Virus record (IMG/VR): IMGVR_UViG_3300036841_000085
Span: 1,582 to 65,581 of that record
Reading direction: 5' to 3' (one strand)
Origin: a virus
Lineage: Duplodnaviria; Caudoviricetes
Length of the DNA stretch: 64,000 nucleotides
Position 1 is the first letter of the stretch. Each line of letters starts with the position of its first letter. Of the stretch, positions 27,914-39,204 are shown piece by piece. The notes under the pieces were generated by a model. The model saw nothing but the letters and a program-made list of their open reading frames with translations, was not told the DNA's origin and did not search any database. Position numbers and translations under genes: made by a program.

Positions 27914-28866
27914 GGTATCGGTGCCCTTGCCTTCATGGGTTGAGTAAGCACGACATGATCGACCGGGACAGCATCTTCGTCCGGCGTGTCGGTCTGGATG
28001 TACCTGGCTCGCAGCGTCAGCTGACCATCATGGAATGCGTCGGCCGTGGCGTCGCCGCGTATCACAGACACCTGCAGTGGGCTGGCACCGGTCGAGTCGT
28101 GCATCACGCACCAGCCTTCGGTGGTGTTGGGCGTCAGTGCCTGGGCGAGATCCGTCAACCTCCCGACTCGCGAAATAGGGTCTGGCGTGATCACGTGCAC
28201 ACCTACCTGCGCCTCCATCCACCATACCTCCAGGGCGGCCTGCTCCATGGGTATCGGTGGCTGCGCGAAGCGAGAGTACACGAACGGCGTAGTGGGCGTG
28301 GGCGTGGCCAGCGCCGGGTCGGTCTGCACACCTGGCAACATCTGCTCTATATTCCAGGCGATCTCTTCCAGTACCCAGTGCTGCTGGTGGCGGAAGTTGG
28401 TGGCCGACAGGTTGAACTCGACCGGTCGGGCGATGGCCATCAGGGTCTCGTCCCTGGTGTCTTGCACGGCCACGCCGATATACTCGACCAGGTAGCGGCT
28501 ACCCAGCACGCCGGGCTGCTCCGTGACCGGCTCGCCCAGCGCCGCAGCTTCGTCAATCCAGGCCGACTGACCGTCTGGCGTCAGGGCGTTGACTACCTCA
28601 GAGTTGATCTGGTCGAGCAGGCGGTACGACGCTACCTCATCCTCCATGCCGACGAACGACCACACGAACACTGGCGTAGCTTTGGCACCCCAGCCGCTGA
28701 TGATGCTGTCGTTGCTGAACCGCAGGACGATAAACGGCGTCTGCGTGGTTGCCAGCGGCATATCCGACTCGAACACGCGGCCGTCTACCTCAGGCACGCC
28801 GCCAGACACCAGGCGCCGCACAAGCTCGCGAGCGGTGGTCGGCACCGGTGACGGCGGCCAGGTCAC
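27910..28866 (-). CDS. tail terminator/completion protein
   Basis: VDGRVFE...TPFIVLRF motif; position after gp10-like gene. Confidence 0.7.
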   Translation of the reverse strand: MTWPPSPVPTTARELVRRLVSGGVPEVDGRVFESDMPLATTQTPFIVLRFSNDSIISGWGAKATPVFVWSFVGMEDEVASYRLLDQINSEVVNALTPDGQSAWIDEAAALGEPVTEQPGVLGSRYLVEYIGVAVQDTRDETLMAIARPVEFNLSATNFRHQQHWVLEEIAWNIEQMLPGVQTDPALATPTPTTPFVYSRFAQPPIPMEQAALEVWWMEAQVGVHVITPDPISRVGRLTDLAQALTPNTTEGWCVMHDSTGASPLQVSVIRGDATADAFHDGQLTLRARYIQTDTPDEDAVPVDHVVLTQPMKARAPIP

Positions 28867-29270
28867 AGTGCTACACCAAGCCGCCTGGCAGCACGTGCAT
28901 GCGTGCCGACTGTCTTAGCCATCTTGCTGACGGTAGGCTGGACGATGGCGAAGCGCTGGCCGTGCGCCTTCTCCAGGAAAATGCCGTAGTGCACCATTGG
29001 GTCGCTCTTGACAGGCGCACCGCTAACAGGGATATGATTGTAGCCCACGCGCATGTTGACCTGCGTGACCAGGCTGCTGATCCTGGGCGGATCGACAATG
29101 GCGCCCAGGCTCTTCTCGGCATTGTGCGTGCGATTGGTCCATGGATGGCTGGATTTCATGCGCTGTTCCATGGATTGCCCGTCTTGTTGCATCGCCCTGA
29201 CCATCCTGGTCAGCTGCTGCCTGGCGATGGTCTGGTGGTGCCTGGTTATCGCCTGCGCCAGTTTACCCAT
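28863..29270 (-). CDS. HK97 gp10-like neck/tail completion protein
   Basis: HPWTNRTHNA, HYGIFLEKAHGQRFAIVQPT. Confidence 0.85.
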   Translation of the reverse strand: MGKLAQAITRHHQTIARQQLTRMVRAMQQDGQSMEQRMKSSHPWTNRTHNAEKSLGAIVDPPRISSLVTQVNMRVGYNHIPVSGAPVKSDPMVHYGIFLEKAHGQRFAIVQPTVSKMAKTVGTHARAARRLGVAL

Positions 29271-29272
29271 TT

Positions 29273-29683
29273 TTACGTGTACTTCTCCAGGATAGCACGG
29301 AAGCCGCCAGGCGCAACAGCCCCACCGAGTGGCGTTACCTTCAAGATGCGAAATCTGGCATGGTCGTAGCCGCCCGAGTATGGGTCGGTGAACAGCACGC
29401 TGTCGCGCTCAAGCTCCGAGTCGACCAGGACGATGTCGGGTAGTGGCGCGAAGTTGAGCCGCCAGCCGCTGTCCGTCCTGACATCCTCTATGTCCGTGTT
29501 TGGACCACCTGGCGCGGTCATGCTCGGATCGAACAGGGCGCCGGTGTACGGCCCGTAGATGCTGGTCAGATTCTCCAAGTGGCCCTCTTCCGACGAGCGC
29601 TCGTGACGCACCACCCAGAAGGTCTGCGGCCGGAGAGCCACCAGGCGCTGCATGGTCGACAGGATGCTCACCAGGCGCTCCAA
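29273..29683 (-). CDS. head closure (stopper) protein
   Basis: Synteny between adaptor and gp10-like gene; exact start uncertain. Confidence 0.6.
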   Translation of the reverse strand: MERLVSILSTMQRLVALRPQTFWVVRHERSSEEGHLENLTSIYGPYTGALFDPSMTAPGGPNTDIEDVRTDSGWRLNFAPLPDIVLVDSELERDSVLFTDPYSGGYDHARFRILKVTPLGGAVAPGGFRAILEKYT

Positions 29684-30195
29684 GGATACTGCAGCGGGTA
29701 GACACCGGTGCCGTAGCGAGCGCCCACCAGCCAGCCGCGCCGACCGGACGCCACGCCGAAGGTAGGAGGCTGCGGGTAGTTGTCCACGCCGCTGGCGTCC
29801 ATGACCAGCGACATAGCGCTTTCGGCCAGATCCATGGCGATCTGCGCCGGGTCGCTCTTGCTGGCTTGTGCCTGGTAGCTGTAGTCGGGCAGCTTCTCCG
29901 ACAGCAGGATGGGCACCTGGCGCACCAGGAAGGCCGCCGTGAGCATGACGGCGGCCCGGTGTAGCTTGATGTCGTCGAGTGGCACGTCGGCGCCGAGAGA
30001 TGCCACCCAGGACGCCACCATGTCGCAGGCGCGAACTCCGAACATGTCAGACAGGATGGTCGCGTCGGTCAGATCAGCCGACGACAGGTTGGTACTGATC
30101 AGCGCCCTGACCGCGTCGGTGTCGGCCGGCGCGTACAGGGTCGGCCCACTACCTGCTTGGCCGGTGGTCTCCGGGCTAGTGATGATGATAGGCAT
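29668..30195 (-). CDS. head-tail adaptor
   Basis: DAVRALI, SEKLPDYSYQ adaptor-like motif. Confidence 0.7.
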   Translation of the reverse strand: MPIIITSPETTGQAGSGPTLYAPADTDAVRALISTNLSSADLTDATILSDMFGVRACDMVASWVASLGADVPLDDIKLHRAAVMLTAAFLVRQVPILLSEKLPDYSYQAQASKSDPAQIAMDLAESAMSLVMDASGVDNYPQPPTFGVASGRRGWLVGARYGTGVYPLQYPWSAW

Positions 30196-30252
30196 CGATC
30201 GTCAATCAACCCGCTGGCTGCAGCGTATCACGGCCTGCTGGCGCTCTTCAAG

Positions 30253-30543
30253 CTACATGCCAATGATGCGCGAGATAAACGTCATGTCGATGCCCTGCAG
30301 CGCCTGGTCCAGCTGGCTGATGGCTGTCTTGATGTCGGTCTCCTGAGTATCGCTGAACCAGTACGGCGCCGCTTTCAGGTCGGTGGCTGCCATGAAGTTC
30401 TGGTCCTGCTGGATGGTGGCTTTGGTGGCCACGAAGCCACGCAGATGCGTACCCACCAGGCCGTTCACTTCGTCGGCGCTCTTCGGGTTAGTGCCGATCG
30501 TTGACGGTGGCGGATTGGTTGGCTCGGTAGGCTCGTCAGTCAT
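30253..30543 (-). CDS. hypothetical protein coupled to giant fibre
   Basis: ATGA overlap with fibre stop; GGAGGG RBS. Confidence 0.7.
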   Translation of the reverse strand: MTDEPTEPTNPPPSTIGTNPKSADEVNGLVGTHLRGFVATKATIQQDQNFMAATDLKAAPYWFSDTQETDIKTAISQLDQALQGIDMTFISRIIGM

Positions 30544-33500
30544 GTTGCACCCTCCAGAGCTTGTAATCTGGCTGATAACTCGCGCACCGCGCCCCACAGG
30601 ACTGGAACCAGGGCGCTGTAGTTGATAGCGTAGGGTTCACCGGCATCGTTGTGCCACACCGCTTCTGGCACCACACTGACCATATCCTCAGCGGTGAAAC
30701 CTATGTCTGGCTTGGATTCAGCGGTCAGTACGTAGCTGTACGGCGTGGCGCGTGTATCCAGCACCTTCGACAGCGGGCTCTCCAGCGGTACCAGACTATC
30801 TTTGAAGCGCCGAGATGACGCGACGTTGAATGCCGAAGCATTGAGTGGCGCCAGCTGGACACCACCAGGACCCTCAAACGAGTGCACGTTACCTGCCGCC
30901 GGCGTAGCATAACGCATCGCATTGCCGAGACCCTGGATGTAACAAGTATTGGCCGCGTTGAAGTAGACGAGATTGTTCGAGCCAGCCAGCTGCAGAGTGC
31001 CATTGATGCTCATATTACCGTTGGCATCCAGCGACATCGCGTTGGCCAGTGAATGACTCGACGAGCGGAACTGCCATGATCCGTACTCGTCCCAGTGCGC
31101 CACGTTATTGCCGGTGTCTACGTTGATGCTGTGGTTGCTGTCATTGTTCCACTTGATCTGAGACGTCGACAGCATGGTGATGCCCTGGTCGACGCTGAGG
31201 TTGCCGCCAGTCACGATGTACTGGCCGCTTAGCTGGCCGCCCGCGTTGATCTGGCCATTGGTACTGAAGTTGCCGCTGAAGTTGATGTTGCCGCCCACGT
31301 ACATGCTGCCGTTGACCCGCAGGTCGTAAGCTGGATCGGTGCCGGCGCCAGCGCCCAGGCGCAGGAAGGTGGCATCGCCGGATGTCTGGCGCACATTGGT
31401 GGCGAACGTCACCTGGCCGGAGACCGGCGCCGTGCCGAAGCCTACAGCACCCTGCACCTGCATGGAGCTTGCATTGTACAGGCCGATATTGGTTGTAGAC
31501 GCGCCAGATATTGAGGAGATATAGACGCCGTACGCGTTGGTGACGCCATTATTGGCAGCTATGTTTCCGACATAGAAGCCATACATGTTGGTGATCACCG
31601 AGCCGGCGGACTGGCTGGACGGGTAGGTCGCGCAGAAAATGTACGCGTTGGTAACCGTGAAGTTCGACCCAGGACGTACGGCCGCGAAGATGCCGTAGTA
31701 GCCAGTCGCGCCAGACGTAACGTACGGCACCAGCTGTATGCCATACTGAGTCGTGCCAGTAATGTAGCTGTTGCCTGGCTGCATACTGATACCGGTCGAC
31801 GCTAGCGGAGCACTGCCGAGACCGACAGTGCCCATGGTTTGCTCGGAGCCACCATTGTACAGACCCATATTGGTGGTGGCCGCGCCGCTCTGCGCCGCAA
31901 TATATACGCCATAGGCGTTGATGTTGCGGCCGCTGCCCTGGTTGGCCACGTACAGGCCGTACATACTGGTTACGGTAACGCTGGAGCCGATGGACGGCGT
32001 GTCTGCATAAATGTTCGCCCCTGAGGTCACCGTACGCGAACTATTAGCGAACGTGGCGAGCAGATACACCACGTAGTTGTTGCCAGTGCCGGTGGTCGAG
32101 AAGGTCAGCGGTGCATAAAACGCGAACTGGTTGGCGCCTGCCAGCGTCGGCTGGAAGTACAGCCCAGCGTACGCCACCGGCGCCACGCCGATGCCCACGT
32201 TCACGCTGGACGCGAACTGCACGCCCGACGTGCTCAGGATCACCTGCTGCACGGCGCTCAGCGATAGGCTCAGGTTGCCGGCGCCAGTGCTGTAGATGCC
32301 GGTGGTGTTGGCGTTAGTGAAGCTGTAGCTCGGCGCTCCCGCCGTGCCGTTAGGTGCCAGGAGCGGCCAGGACAGGGCGCCGCCGCTGGGCGTCACCCAG
32401 GCCACGTCGTAGTTGGTGGCGCTGTTCTTGGTTAGTACCTGGTTAGCGGCACCGCCGGTCGGCACTGATCCGTTACCGCTGATCGCGCCAGCCACGTACA
32501 CGTTCCTGGGCCGGTTGGCTCCTGCCGCACCGATATCGTAGCTATTGTCCGTAGTGAAAATGATGCCTTGGGTCGACAAGGTGGTGCCGATGGCGACCTG
32601 CGTCGACTGCATCAATATGACTGAGGCATTGCCGGCCGACAGCGCCATGATGGTCGCCGTCACCATGAACAGGCCATAGGTCGGGCTGCCCGAGAAACTG
32701 TAGCTCGGAGCGCCGCTGGTGCCGTTGGGCGCCAGGAACACGCCGCTGTTCAGCGTCAGGCCGAAAGCGAAGCCAGACGGCCCGCCAGTCGCATTGATGT
32801 TGCCGCCCACGTTCAGGCTGCCCAACGTAGTCGCCGCAGCGGTGAGCGTCCCGACCACATTCAGGTTGCGACCCAGCCACATGTCACGCGGCCGGTTGCC
32901 GTACTGCGAGCCGATGTCCGACGAGTTGTCGTAGTCAGCCAACAGGTGGCCGGTGCCGACCTGAATATACCACAGGTCCTGGTCGGTCGCCGTACCCAGG
33001 CCGATATTCTGGCCAGATGGCGCCCACACGTGCTGGGTGATCACGTGACCCTGGAAGGTGGCGTCTCCGACAAAGGTACTGGTGCCCGCGTTGTACAGCC
33101 CCACGTTGGTGGTGGCCGCGCCCGATTGATTGGCAATGTACAGACCGTAGGCGTTGGTCACGCCGCTGACGCCCTGGTTGGCCACGTACAAGCCGTATAG
33201 CGACGTGACCGTAGTGCCTGAGCCCAGCGACGGAGCGAGCAAGTTCAGGCCATAGCCGCTCGGCATGGTGAAAGTGCCGGCGGCAGTCTTGAATAGCATC
33301 GTCGCCACCGCGCCCGCGACAGTGGTCGTATTGCCGATAGTAGGATCGATGTACAGCCCATACTGCGTCGTCGCGCCCGCCAGGGCAATGCCGATCTGTA
33401 GCCCATAGTACGTCGCTGGCGCGGCACCGATACCCACCGCGCCAACAAACTGGCCGGTGTTGGCGACGTACATTGCGCCGTCGCTCCTGATCCAGCCGAC

Positions 33501-36500
33501 GCTACTGCCGCCCGAATTGGCACACACCAGCGGGTAGCTACTACCGTCAGAGGTTGCGCCGGAAACGAACAGGCGATAGGTACTGCCTGGCTGCACGGTA
33601 CCAATGTTGAGATTATTCGGCACGGCCAGCCCAGCCGTCGAACTGGCGTAATACAGCCCCCAGGCGGCATTACTGGCGAACGAGTACGACGGAGCACCTG
33701 CGCTACCGTTGGGCGCCAGAACCGGGAAGGTAGGCACGCCGTCCAGCGAGAGCCAGGCGCCGGCAGACTTGATGTAGATGCGCTGGCCGGCCACGGCTGG
33801 CGTGTCCGTCCTGTGATACTGGTCGCCGTTCGCGCCCAGGCCAGCCGCCGGCGCTCCTGAGCCGCTCCACATGCTGCCGCCCAGGACGCTATTGTTGCCC
33901 GCCTGGAGGCCACCGTAGGCACTGACGTTATTGCTGGCAGTCAGACTGCCGTTACCCAGCTGTACATTGCCGCTGTTGACGGTGATACCGTTGCTCACGC
34001 TCACGGCGGCGTTGAGAGCAATGATGCCGTTGCCCTTCGGGTTGATGCCCAGTGATATATTGGCGTCGCTGCCCTGGACGAATACCGCTGGAGCACCGCC
34101 TGCGGCGGCCGCCTGCATCTGCCAATAGTTGACGGACGATGCCACCGGCAACAACTGCAGCAAGTAGTTGCCCACAGTATTGGACAGGAAACTGACCTGG
34201 CCTGATCCCTTGCTGGACAGGCTCACGCTCACGTTGGTGTCGGCGCCCGCTGCGTACATGCCCACCGAACCGCTGGCGGTGGCGAAGATGTACGGGTAGT
34301 CGACAGGGTCATTCCCGAAAGCTGGGCCGAACACCGCCAATATGTGGCCGCCAGTACCGACCGCGCTGATGGATTGATGAGCGCCGCGAGTAAAGCCAGT
34401 GCCTGACTCACTATAGAAACCGTACCCCGGCACCGTCGTGCTGCCGTCGATGGCCAGGATTTGCCCCTGCGTGGCCTGCAGCCCGCCGGTGTACACGGTA
34501 TTGGCCACGTACACGTTCTGTGGTCGGCTGGCACCAGCGGCACCGATGTCGTGCGCGTTGTCGGTATTCCACAACAGACTACCGAACATATTGATACCGC
34601 CGGTAGTACCGCCGATCTGCGAGTACGGATCATTGCCGATAAATACCGACGTGGCCGCGTATATATTCCGGGGCCTATTGACACCCACCGCACCGATGTC
34701 ATAGGCATTGTCGTTGGTGAAGCGCAGCCAGGTCTGCACCATCTGACCGCCGTACGCGTACGACACGCCATCGCTGATCAACGAGTTGGCTCGCACGTTA
34801 CTGGCGGCGAAGATATTCTGCGGTCGATTATCGCTGCCCGCGCCGATGTTGTAGGTATTGTCAGTGCTAAACAGTAGGTCCTGGCCGAATGGTAGCGTCA
34901 GCGGCGTGATCCACAACAGGTCATAATCAGTGACCGACGCCTTGCCCAGTACCTGGCCGGCATCGCCTCCGACCGGCACCGCGCCGCTGCCCAGGAAAGC
35001 TGAGCCAGCCGAAATACCGCCGCTCACGGCCAGGTCACCGGTGACGGCCGCGCCGGCGCTGGCCGTCAGAGCGCCACCCACCGTCAGCGGGCCGTCAAGC
35101 TCGCCGCCCGTCAGCGGCAGATATAGCGCGTCAGCCAGCGCCTGGGTAAACGGCGAGACCCACTGCGTATTGTAGTCGGTGGCATCGACCTTGGCCAGTA
35201 CCTGAGCGACAGCGCCGCCTGGCGCCACGCCTGGGCCGGCAGGACCAACCGGCCCGATGTCGCCCTTCTGCGCCATGAGCACCCACACCGCGCCATTGGT
35301 GCCCGGCGTGACGCCCATGCTCTGCGCCACGGCGCGATAGCTCGACCCAGCGTAGTACACGCCGTCATTGGGCTCATACGTGGTGGTGGCGACCCAGGTG
35401 CCTTCCCACACCACACCTGGCGGGCCGATAGGACCTTGCGCACCCTGCGGGCCGACCGGTCCCTGGACGCCGTTAGTACCTGGCGGGCCGACAGGACCGG
35501 TAGCGCCAGTCGCGCCCACGTCACCCTTGGGACCTGTAGCACCGGTCGGCCCCGGAAGACCCTGCGGACCGGCCGGACCCTGTTGACCGTTCGTACCAGG
35601 CGGCCCAGCCGCTCCTGTGGCTCCGGTGGCCCCCGGAGCGCCATCCTTGCCATCCTTGCCCGCCGCGCCCGTCGCGCCCTGCGGCCCAGGTATCCCCTGC
35701 GGGCCGTTGACGCCGTCTTTGCCTGGCGAGCCAGTGTCGCCCTTCGGCCCGGCTGGACCAACCGCGCCGGGAGTCCCGCTCGGTCCGGCCGGCCCAGCCG
35801 GGCCAGTAGATCCATCCTTGCCGTTGGTACCTGGCGCACCCGGCGCACCGTCCTGCCCGGTCGCGCCAGTATCACCCTTGGGACCAGCCGGGCCGGTCGC
35901 TCCTGGCGTACCTTGCGGCCCGGCAGGTCCCTGCTGACCATTCTGACCAGGCGGCCCGGTCAGCCCTGTGGGACCTTGACTGCCTGTGGCACCAGTCAGC
36001 CCGGTATCTCCCTTGGGACCAGCCGGGCCGGTCGCGCCGACAGCACCTGGGCTGCCAGTCGGTCCCATGTCACCCTTAGGACCTGCAGGTCCGGCCGGAC
36101 CAGCCGACCCAGTGACGCCGGGCGGCCCAACCGGACCAGCAGGTCCCTGGTCACCAGTGTCACCCTTGGCACCGTTCAGACCGTTGGTGCCTGGCACGCC
36201 CTGCGGTCCCTGCGGCCCGGTCTGACCCACCGCGCCGGCTGGCCCGGCGGCACCCACCGGACCAGCCACGCCCTGTGGTCCTATGGGACCCGCCGCACCA
36301 TTGGTGCCTGGCGTCCCCGGTGGACCAGTAGGACCTACTGCGCCGGCCGGACCGGCAGCACCCTGCGGGCCGACCACACCTTGCGGCCCAGTAGGACCGG
36401 CCGCGCCCTGGATGCCCTGCGGGCCGGCCGGACCAACTGGTCCAGGCTGATCGAGCATGGACTCGGCGCCTGTCGAGTCCAGCATGTACACATGCCCGTC

Positions 36501-36965
36501 AGCCTTGGTGTACACCAAAACCTGGCCGGCAGGTGGTGCTACGGGAGGCACTCCCTGCTCGGCCAGACCCAACCAGCCAGCGACGTAGACCGCCCTGGGC
36601 CGGTTGTCAGTGGGCTCGCCTATGTCCTGCGTGCCGTCTGGCGCGAAGAGTAGTGGATCGCTGGTAGTTGGACCGGTGGCGCTGTCGGTAGTCACCGTCA
36701 CCCGCATCGGGTCCCAACCTGGGAAGTTGATAACCAGGTCGAGTTCGCGCTCTTCGGTCAGCCAGAAATCCACGCTGCCGCCAGGTCCCAGCGTCAGCGG
36801 GTTGGTCAGCAGGCTATCGCTGGACTCGTCAGCGTAGATCGGCTCCTGGATGCCGGTGGACGTGTTAACGTCGACCAGGGTAACCAGTGAGCCGATCGGT
36901 GCCGTAGAGAGGTTACCGCTCGGTGACTGCAGCAGTACCGAGTCGCGGAACTGCGCTCGCGGCAT
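30540..36965 (-). CDS. giant fibre protein with collagen-like region, repeated beta modules and S74-like chaperone
   Basis: About 340 aa of G-X-Y; repeats DN.YDIG...NRP.N.Y and LAPNG..GAPSYSF; C-terminal SSRRFKDSL...GFTAED...[10 protein letters not shown]. Confidence 0.92.
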   Translation of the reverse strand: MPRAQFRDSVLLQSPSGNLSTAPIGSLVTLVDVNTSTGIQEPIYADESSDSLLTNPLTLGPGGSVDFWLTEERELDLVINFPGWDPMRVTVTTDSATGPTTSDPLLFAPDGTQDIGEPTDNRPRAVYVAGWLGLAEQGVPPVAPPAGQVLVYTKADGHVYMLDSTGAESMLDQPGPVGPAGPQGIQGAAGPTGPQGVVGPQGAAGPAGAVGPTGPPGTPGTNGAAGPIGPQGVAGPVGAAGPAGAVGQTGPQGPQGVPGTNGLNGAKGDTGDQGPAGPVGPPGVTGSAGPAGPAGPKGDMGPTGSPGAVGATGPAGPKGDTGLTGATGSQGPTGLTGPPGQNGQQGPAGPQGTPGATGPAGPKGDTGATGQDGAPGAPGTNGKDGSTGPAGPAGPSGTPGAVGPAGPKGDTGSPGKDGVNGPQGIPGPQGATGAAGKDGKDGAPGATGATGAAGPPGTNGQQGPAGPQGLPGPTGATGPKGDVGATGATGPVGPPGTNGVQGPVGPQGAQGPIGPPGVVWEGTWVATTTYEPNDGVYYAGSSYRAVAQSMGVTPGTNGAVWVLMAQKGDIGPVGPAGPGVAPGGAVAQVLAKVDATDYNTQWVSPFTQALADALYLPLTGGELDGPLTVGGALTASAGAAVTGDLAVSGGISAGSAFLGSGAVPVGGDAGQVLGKASVTDYDLLWITPLTLPFGQDLLFSTDNTYNIGAGSDNRPQNIFAASNVRANSLISDGVSYAYGGQMVQTWLRFTNDNAYDIGAVGVNRPRNIYAATSVFIGNDPYSQIGGTTGGINMFGSLLWNTDNAHDIGAAGASRPQNVYVANTVYTGGLQATQGQILAIDGSTTVPGYGFYSESGTGFTRGAHQSISAVGTGGHILAVFGPAFGNDPVDYPYIFATASGSVGMYAAGADTNVSVSLSSKGSGQVSFLSNTVGNYLLQLLPVASSVNYWQMQAAAAGGAPAVFVQGSDANISLGINPKGNGIIALNAAVSVSNGITVNSGNVQLGNGSLTASNNVSAYGGLQAGNNSVLGGSMWSGSGAPAAGLGANGDQYHRTDTPAVAGQRIYIKSAGAWLSLDGVPTFPVLAPNGSAGAPSYSFASNAAWGLYYASSTAGLAVPNNLNIGTVQPGSTYRLFVSGATSDGSSYPLVCANSGGSSVGWIRSDGAMYVANTGQFVGAVGIGAAPATYYGLQIGIALAGATTQYGLYIDPTIGNTTTVAGAVATMLFKTAAGTFTMPSGYGLNLLAPSLGSGTTVTSLYGLYVANQGVSGVTNAYGLYIANQSGAATTNVGLYNAGTSTFVGDATFQGHVITQHVWAPSGQNIGLGTATDQDLWYIQVGTGHLLADYDNSSDIGSQYGNRPRDMWLGRNLNVVGTLTAAATTLGSLNVGGNINATGGPSGFAFGLTLNSGVFLAPNGTSGAPSYSFSGSPTYGLFMVTATIMALSAGNASVILMQSTQVAIGTTLSTQGIIFTTDNSYDIGAAGANRPRNVYVAGAISGNGSVPTGGAANQVLTKNSATNYDVAWVTPSGGALSWPLLAPNGTAGAPSYSFTNANTTGIYSTGAGNLSLSLSAVQQVILSTSGVQFASSVNVGIGVAPVAYAGLYFQPTLAGANQFAFYAPLTFSTTGTGNNYVVYLLATFANSSRTVTSGANIYADTPSIGSSVTVTSMYGLYVANQGSGRNINAYGVYIAAQSGAATTNMGLYNGGSEQTMGTVGLGSAPLASTGISMQPGNSYITGTTQYGIQLVPYVTSGATGYYGIFAAVRPGSNFTVTNAYIFCATYPSSQSAGSVITNMYGFYVGNIAANNGVTNAYGVYISSISGASTTNIGLYNASSMQVQGAVGFGTAPVSGQVTFATNVRQTSGDATFLRLGAGAGTDPAYDLRVNGSMYVGGNINFSGNFSTNGQINAGGQLSGQYIVTGGNLSVDQGITMLSTSQIKWNNDSNHSINVDTGNNVAHWDEYGSWQFRSSSHSLANAMSLDANGNMSINGTLQLAGSNNLVYFNAANTCYIQGLGNAMRYATPAAGNVHSFEGPGGVQLAPLNASAFNVASSRRFKDSLVPLESPLSKVLDTRATPYSYVLTAESKPDIGFTAEDMVSVVPEAVWHNDAGEPYAINYSALVPVLWGAVRELSARLQALEGAT

Positions 36966-36976
36966 CTAGCCGCCTC

Positions 36977-37414
36977 CTATTTAGCGTCTACCTTCTTGAT
37001 CTGGTGTTCCAAGATGGCTCGCTCGGCGCCCGGCGTGTCACCAATCAGCTGCGGTGGCGAATCCTGGCCGGCCACGTAAGCGAAGCCACCAGGATGCGCC
37101 GGGTCCTGCTCCGAGAAGGCCACCTTGTCGTCATTGCGAGCGCTCACCACGGTGATCAGGTCGCCCAGCTTGGACGCCCGCTCGACTTCGTCGTTGATGT
37201 GCTGCAGGTGGGCTGCCTCTGCTCGCTGCCACAACTCCTGCTCGGTCATGGGCTCGTCGCCCTGGAGAGGCCCAAGGGACGTTGCCGGAGACGCCTTGAC
37301 GCTCTCGACGGGCTCTTGGGCCGCCTGCTGCGCCGACGCGTCCGGAGGGGCTCCGGAAGCGTCAGCTGAGCCAGTGGTGCTGGCGCTGCTCGTGCTACTG
37401 GTCGATTCGGCCAC
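36977..37414 (-). CDS. hypothetical capsid-associated protein
   Basis: AGGAGG RBS directly after major capsid gene. Confidence 0.75.
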   Translation of the reverse strand: MAESTSSTSSASTTGSADASGAPPDASAQQAAQEPVESVKASPATSLGPLQGDEPMTEQELWQRAEAAHLQHINDEVERASKLGDLITVVSARNDDKVAFSEQDPAHPGGFAYVAGQDSPPQLIGDTPGAERAILEHQIKKVDAK

Positions 37415-37424
37415 GCTATACCTC

Positions 37425-38711
37425 CTACGCCGTCAGATTCATGACGGCCACGGCCAGGCCGCTGATGTCCAGGATATCATAGCCTTCGGTCTCTGTGAAG
37501 ACCATATCCTGTGTCTGGGTAGTCGCGTGCCGCTCTACCTCCTGGATATCGGAGCCGATCTCGGTGACTCGCTCCACCGCCCGCCTGGAATCGAAGCCAA
37601 TGATCTTGTTGGGTAGGGCGTCGGGCGTCCAGCCCAGCGCCACGTTGTCCCGCAGCGACGGGTTGATCGCTTCGAAGCCACCGAAGCCCGACGCCGCCTG
37701 GATGTACACCAGCGGGATATTGGCAGAGCCGGTGTTGAGCAACTGCAAGGCCACCGCCGTGTCTGCGGTGACAATGGCTGTCGTCAGCATGTACGGATTG
37801 ACGAACTTGCTCTTGAAGTTGAGCCAGGCACGCAGCGTGATGTTGTACGGTGGCGTCGGCGTGCTGGTACTAGCGGTCGGGTCGAGCGCCGTCAGGTTGT
37901 AGTTGGTGGCCGCCGTGTTCGGGTTGCCGTCGCCGTTGACCAGGATGTCGTAGACAGTGGCTGCCTTGTCAACCTCCGCCTGGATCGCCATAAGCGCAAT
38001 CTCCATGGCGATGCGGTCCAGGCGCTGACGCCGCAGTACCTCATACGACGCTTCCAGGATGCGCCCGTACTTGCTCAGCTGGATAGTGTGCGAACTGGTG
38101 GTCAGCTTCATCCGGGGTGGTTCGGTAGACTCACCTACGCGCACCATACGTTTGAGGTTCGGGTCGACATTCTGCAAGTAGATCGACCGGTAGTCGATGC
38201 CCTGGATGGGCGTGGTCATGGCCAGCAGCCGCTCAAGCGGGATAGCTGGCTGTAGCTGCGTCCACCTGGGCGCCGCCGCGTCGATGTACGGCCGCATGTA
38301 CGTGCCTGGCGGATAGTCAGTGGCCATGTAGATGTCACGAGCGCCAGCCCCAGCGAACTGGGCCGGCTTTCGGAACTTGGCCTCCCGCCAGCGCCGGTTG
38401 ATCCACTCCAGGCCAAGCAGCCTGTCCTGGGCGGTGTCGGTGAACACGTCATCATACACATCGGCCCACACGCCCGCCTCAGGCATGGAGTTGGTGTAGA
38501 TGTCTTTCGCCTCCATGACCCTGGAGAAGGCATCGTAGCCACGCCGCAGATCTTCGTCAGTGGATGGATTCAGCCGCTCCATCCAGGCCGACAGACCCAT
38601 GCCTGCTTCGTAGGCGTCCCTGAACATGTCCGGGCTGATGTGCGCGGCGATATCCTGCGGATTGGTCGCCTTGACCCGGATACTGGCCGTGCTGCGTCGT
38701 TTGTTCGGCAT
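37425..38711 (-). CDS. major capsid protein
   Basis: MVRVGESTEPP, KYGRILEASYEVLRR, ILVNGDGN motifs; synteny. Confidence 0.9.
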   Translation of the reverse strand: MPNKRRSTASIRVKATNPQDIAAHISPDMFRDAYEAGMGLSAWMERLNPSTDEDLRRGYDAFSRVMEAKDIYTNSMPEAGVWADVYDDVFTDTAQDRLLGLEWINRRWREAKFRKPAQFAGAGARDIYMATDYPPGTYMRPYIDAAAPRWTQLQPAIPLERLLAMTTPIQGIDYRSIYLQNVDPNLKRMVRVGESTEPPRMKLTTSSHTIQLSKYGRILEASYEVLRRQRLDRIAMEIALMAIQAEVDKAATVYDILVNGDGNPNTAATNYNLTALDPTASTSTPTPPYNITLRAWLNFKSKFVNPYMLTTAIVTADTAVALQLLNTGSANIPLVYIQAASGFGGFEAINPSLRDNVALGWTPDALPNKIIGFDSRRAVERVTEIGSDIQEVERHATTQTQDMVFTETEGYDILDISGLAVAVMNLTA

Positions 38712-38729
38712 GACTAGCTCCAGCCCTCC

Positions 38730-39182
38730 TTATGGCAACCATACCCACGGATTGACGTTATCCGTGATATCGACCGTGACGCCATACTGCTGCGCCACGT
38801 CAGCCAGGGTCGCCGGCGCCGCCGCTCGCACGTAGCCCTTTACCGCGCCGTTGACCGCGCCCACCACGGCCACACCAGCGGCCACGGCCGGGTTGGCTCG
38901 AAACTGGGCGAAGCCACCTACTTCGACGATAGCGACCGTGACGCCACCCACCGGCTGCTCGACGGCGTACAGGGCGCCAATGACCCGCTGGCCATCCGCC
39001 GCCAGGCCGACCGTCTTGTTGCCAGTGATAGTGACCGACGCTTTGCCGGTGGTACCGTTGACGATAGCCGCAGGAATGCCATTCGGCTGCGAGCTATCGT
39101 ACGTGATGGAGGCATCAGCCTGGAAGCTGACACGCTCGATCAGTACCTCATTGAAAAGGACCATAGCCCTTGGGTTCGGCAT
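38730..39182 (-). CDS. head decoration (cement) protein
   Basis: Ala/Gly/Val-rich 150 aa between protease and capsid. Confidence 0.7.
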   Translation of the reverse strand: MPNPRAMVLFNEVLIERVSFQADASITYDSSQPNGIPAAIVNGTTGKASVTITGNKTVGLAADGQRVIGALYAVEQPVGGVTVAIVEVGGFAQFRANPAVAAGVAVVGAVNGAVKGYVRAAAPATLADVAQQYGVTVDITDNVNPWVWLP

Positions 39183-39204
39183 GCCTTACTCCATAGCCTC
39201 CTGA

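Noticed and set aside
35420-36450. Long opposite-strand ORFs and 9-bp periodic DNA repeats
   Set aside because: Explained by G-X-Y collagen coding. A possible degenerate CCGG element near 35551-35640 cannot be separated from Gly-Pro codons.
30540-36965. Diversity-generating retroelement or invertible shufflon acting on fibre repeats
   Set aside because: No reverse transcriptase or invertase in the window, and no template/variable repeat pair differing only at adenines was seen.
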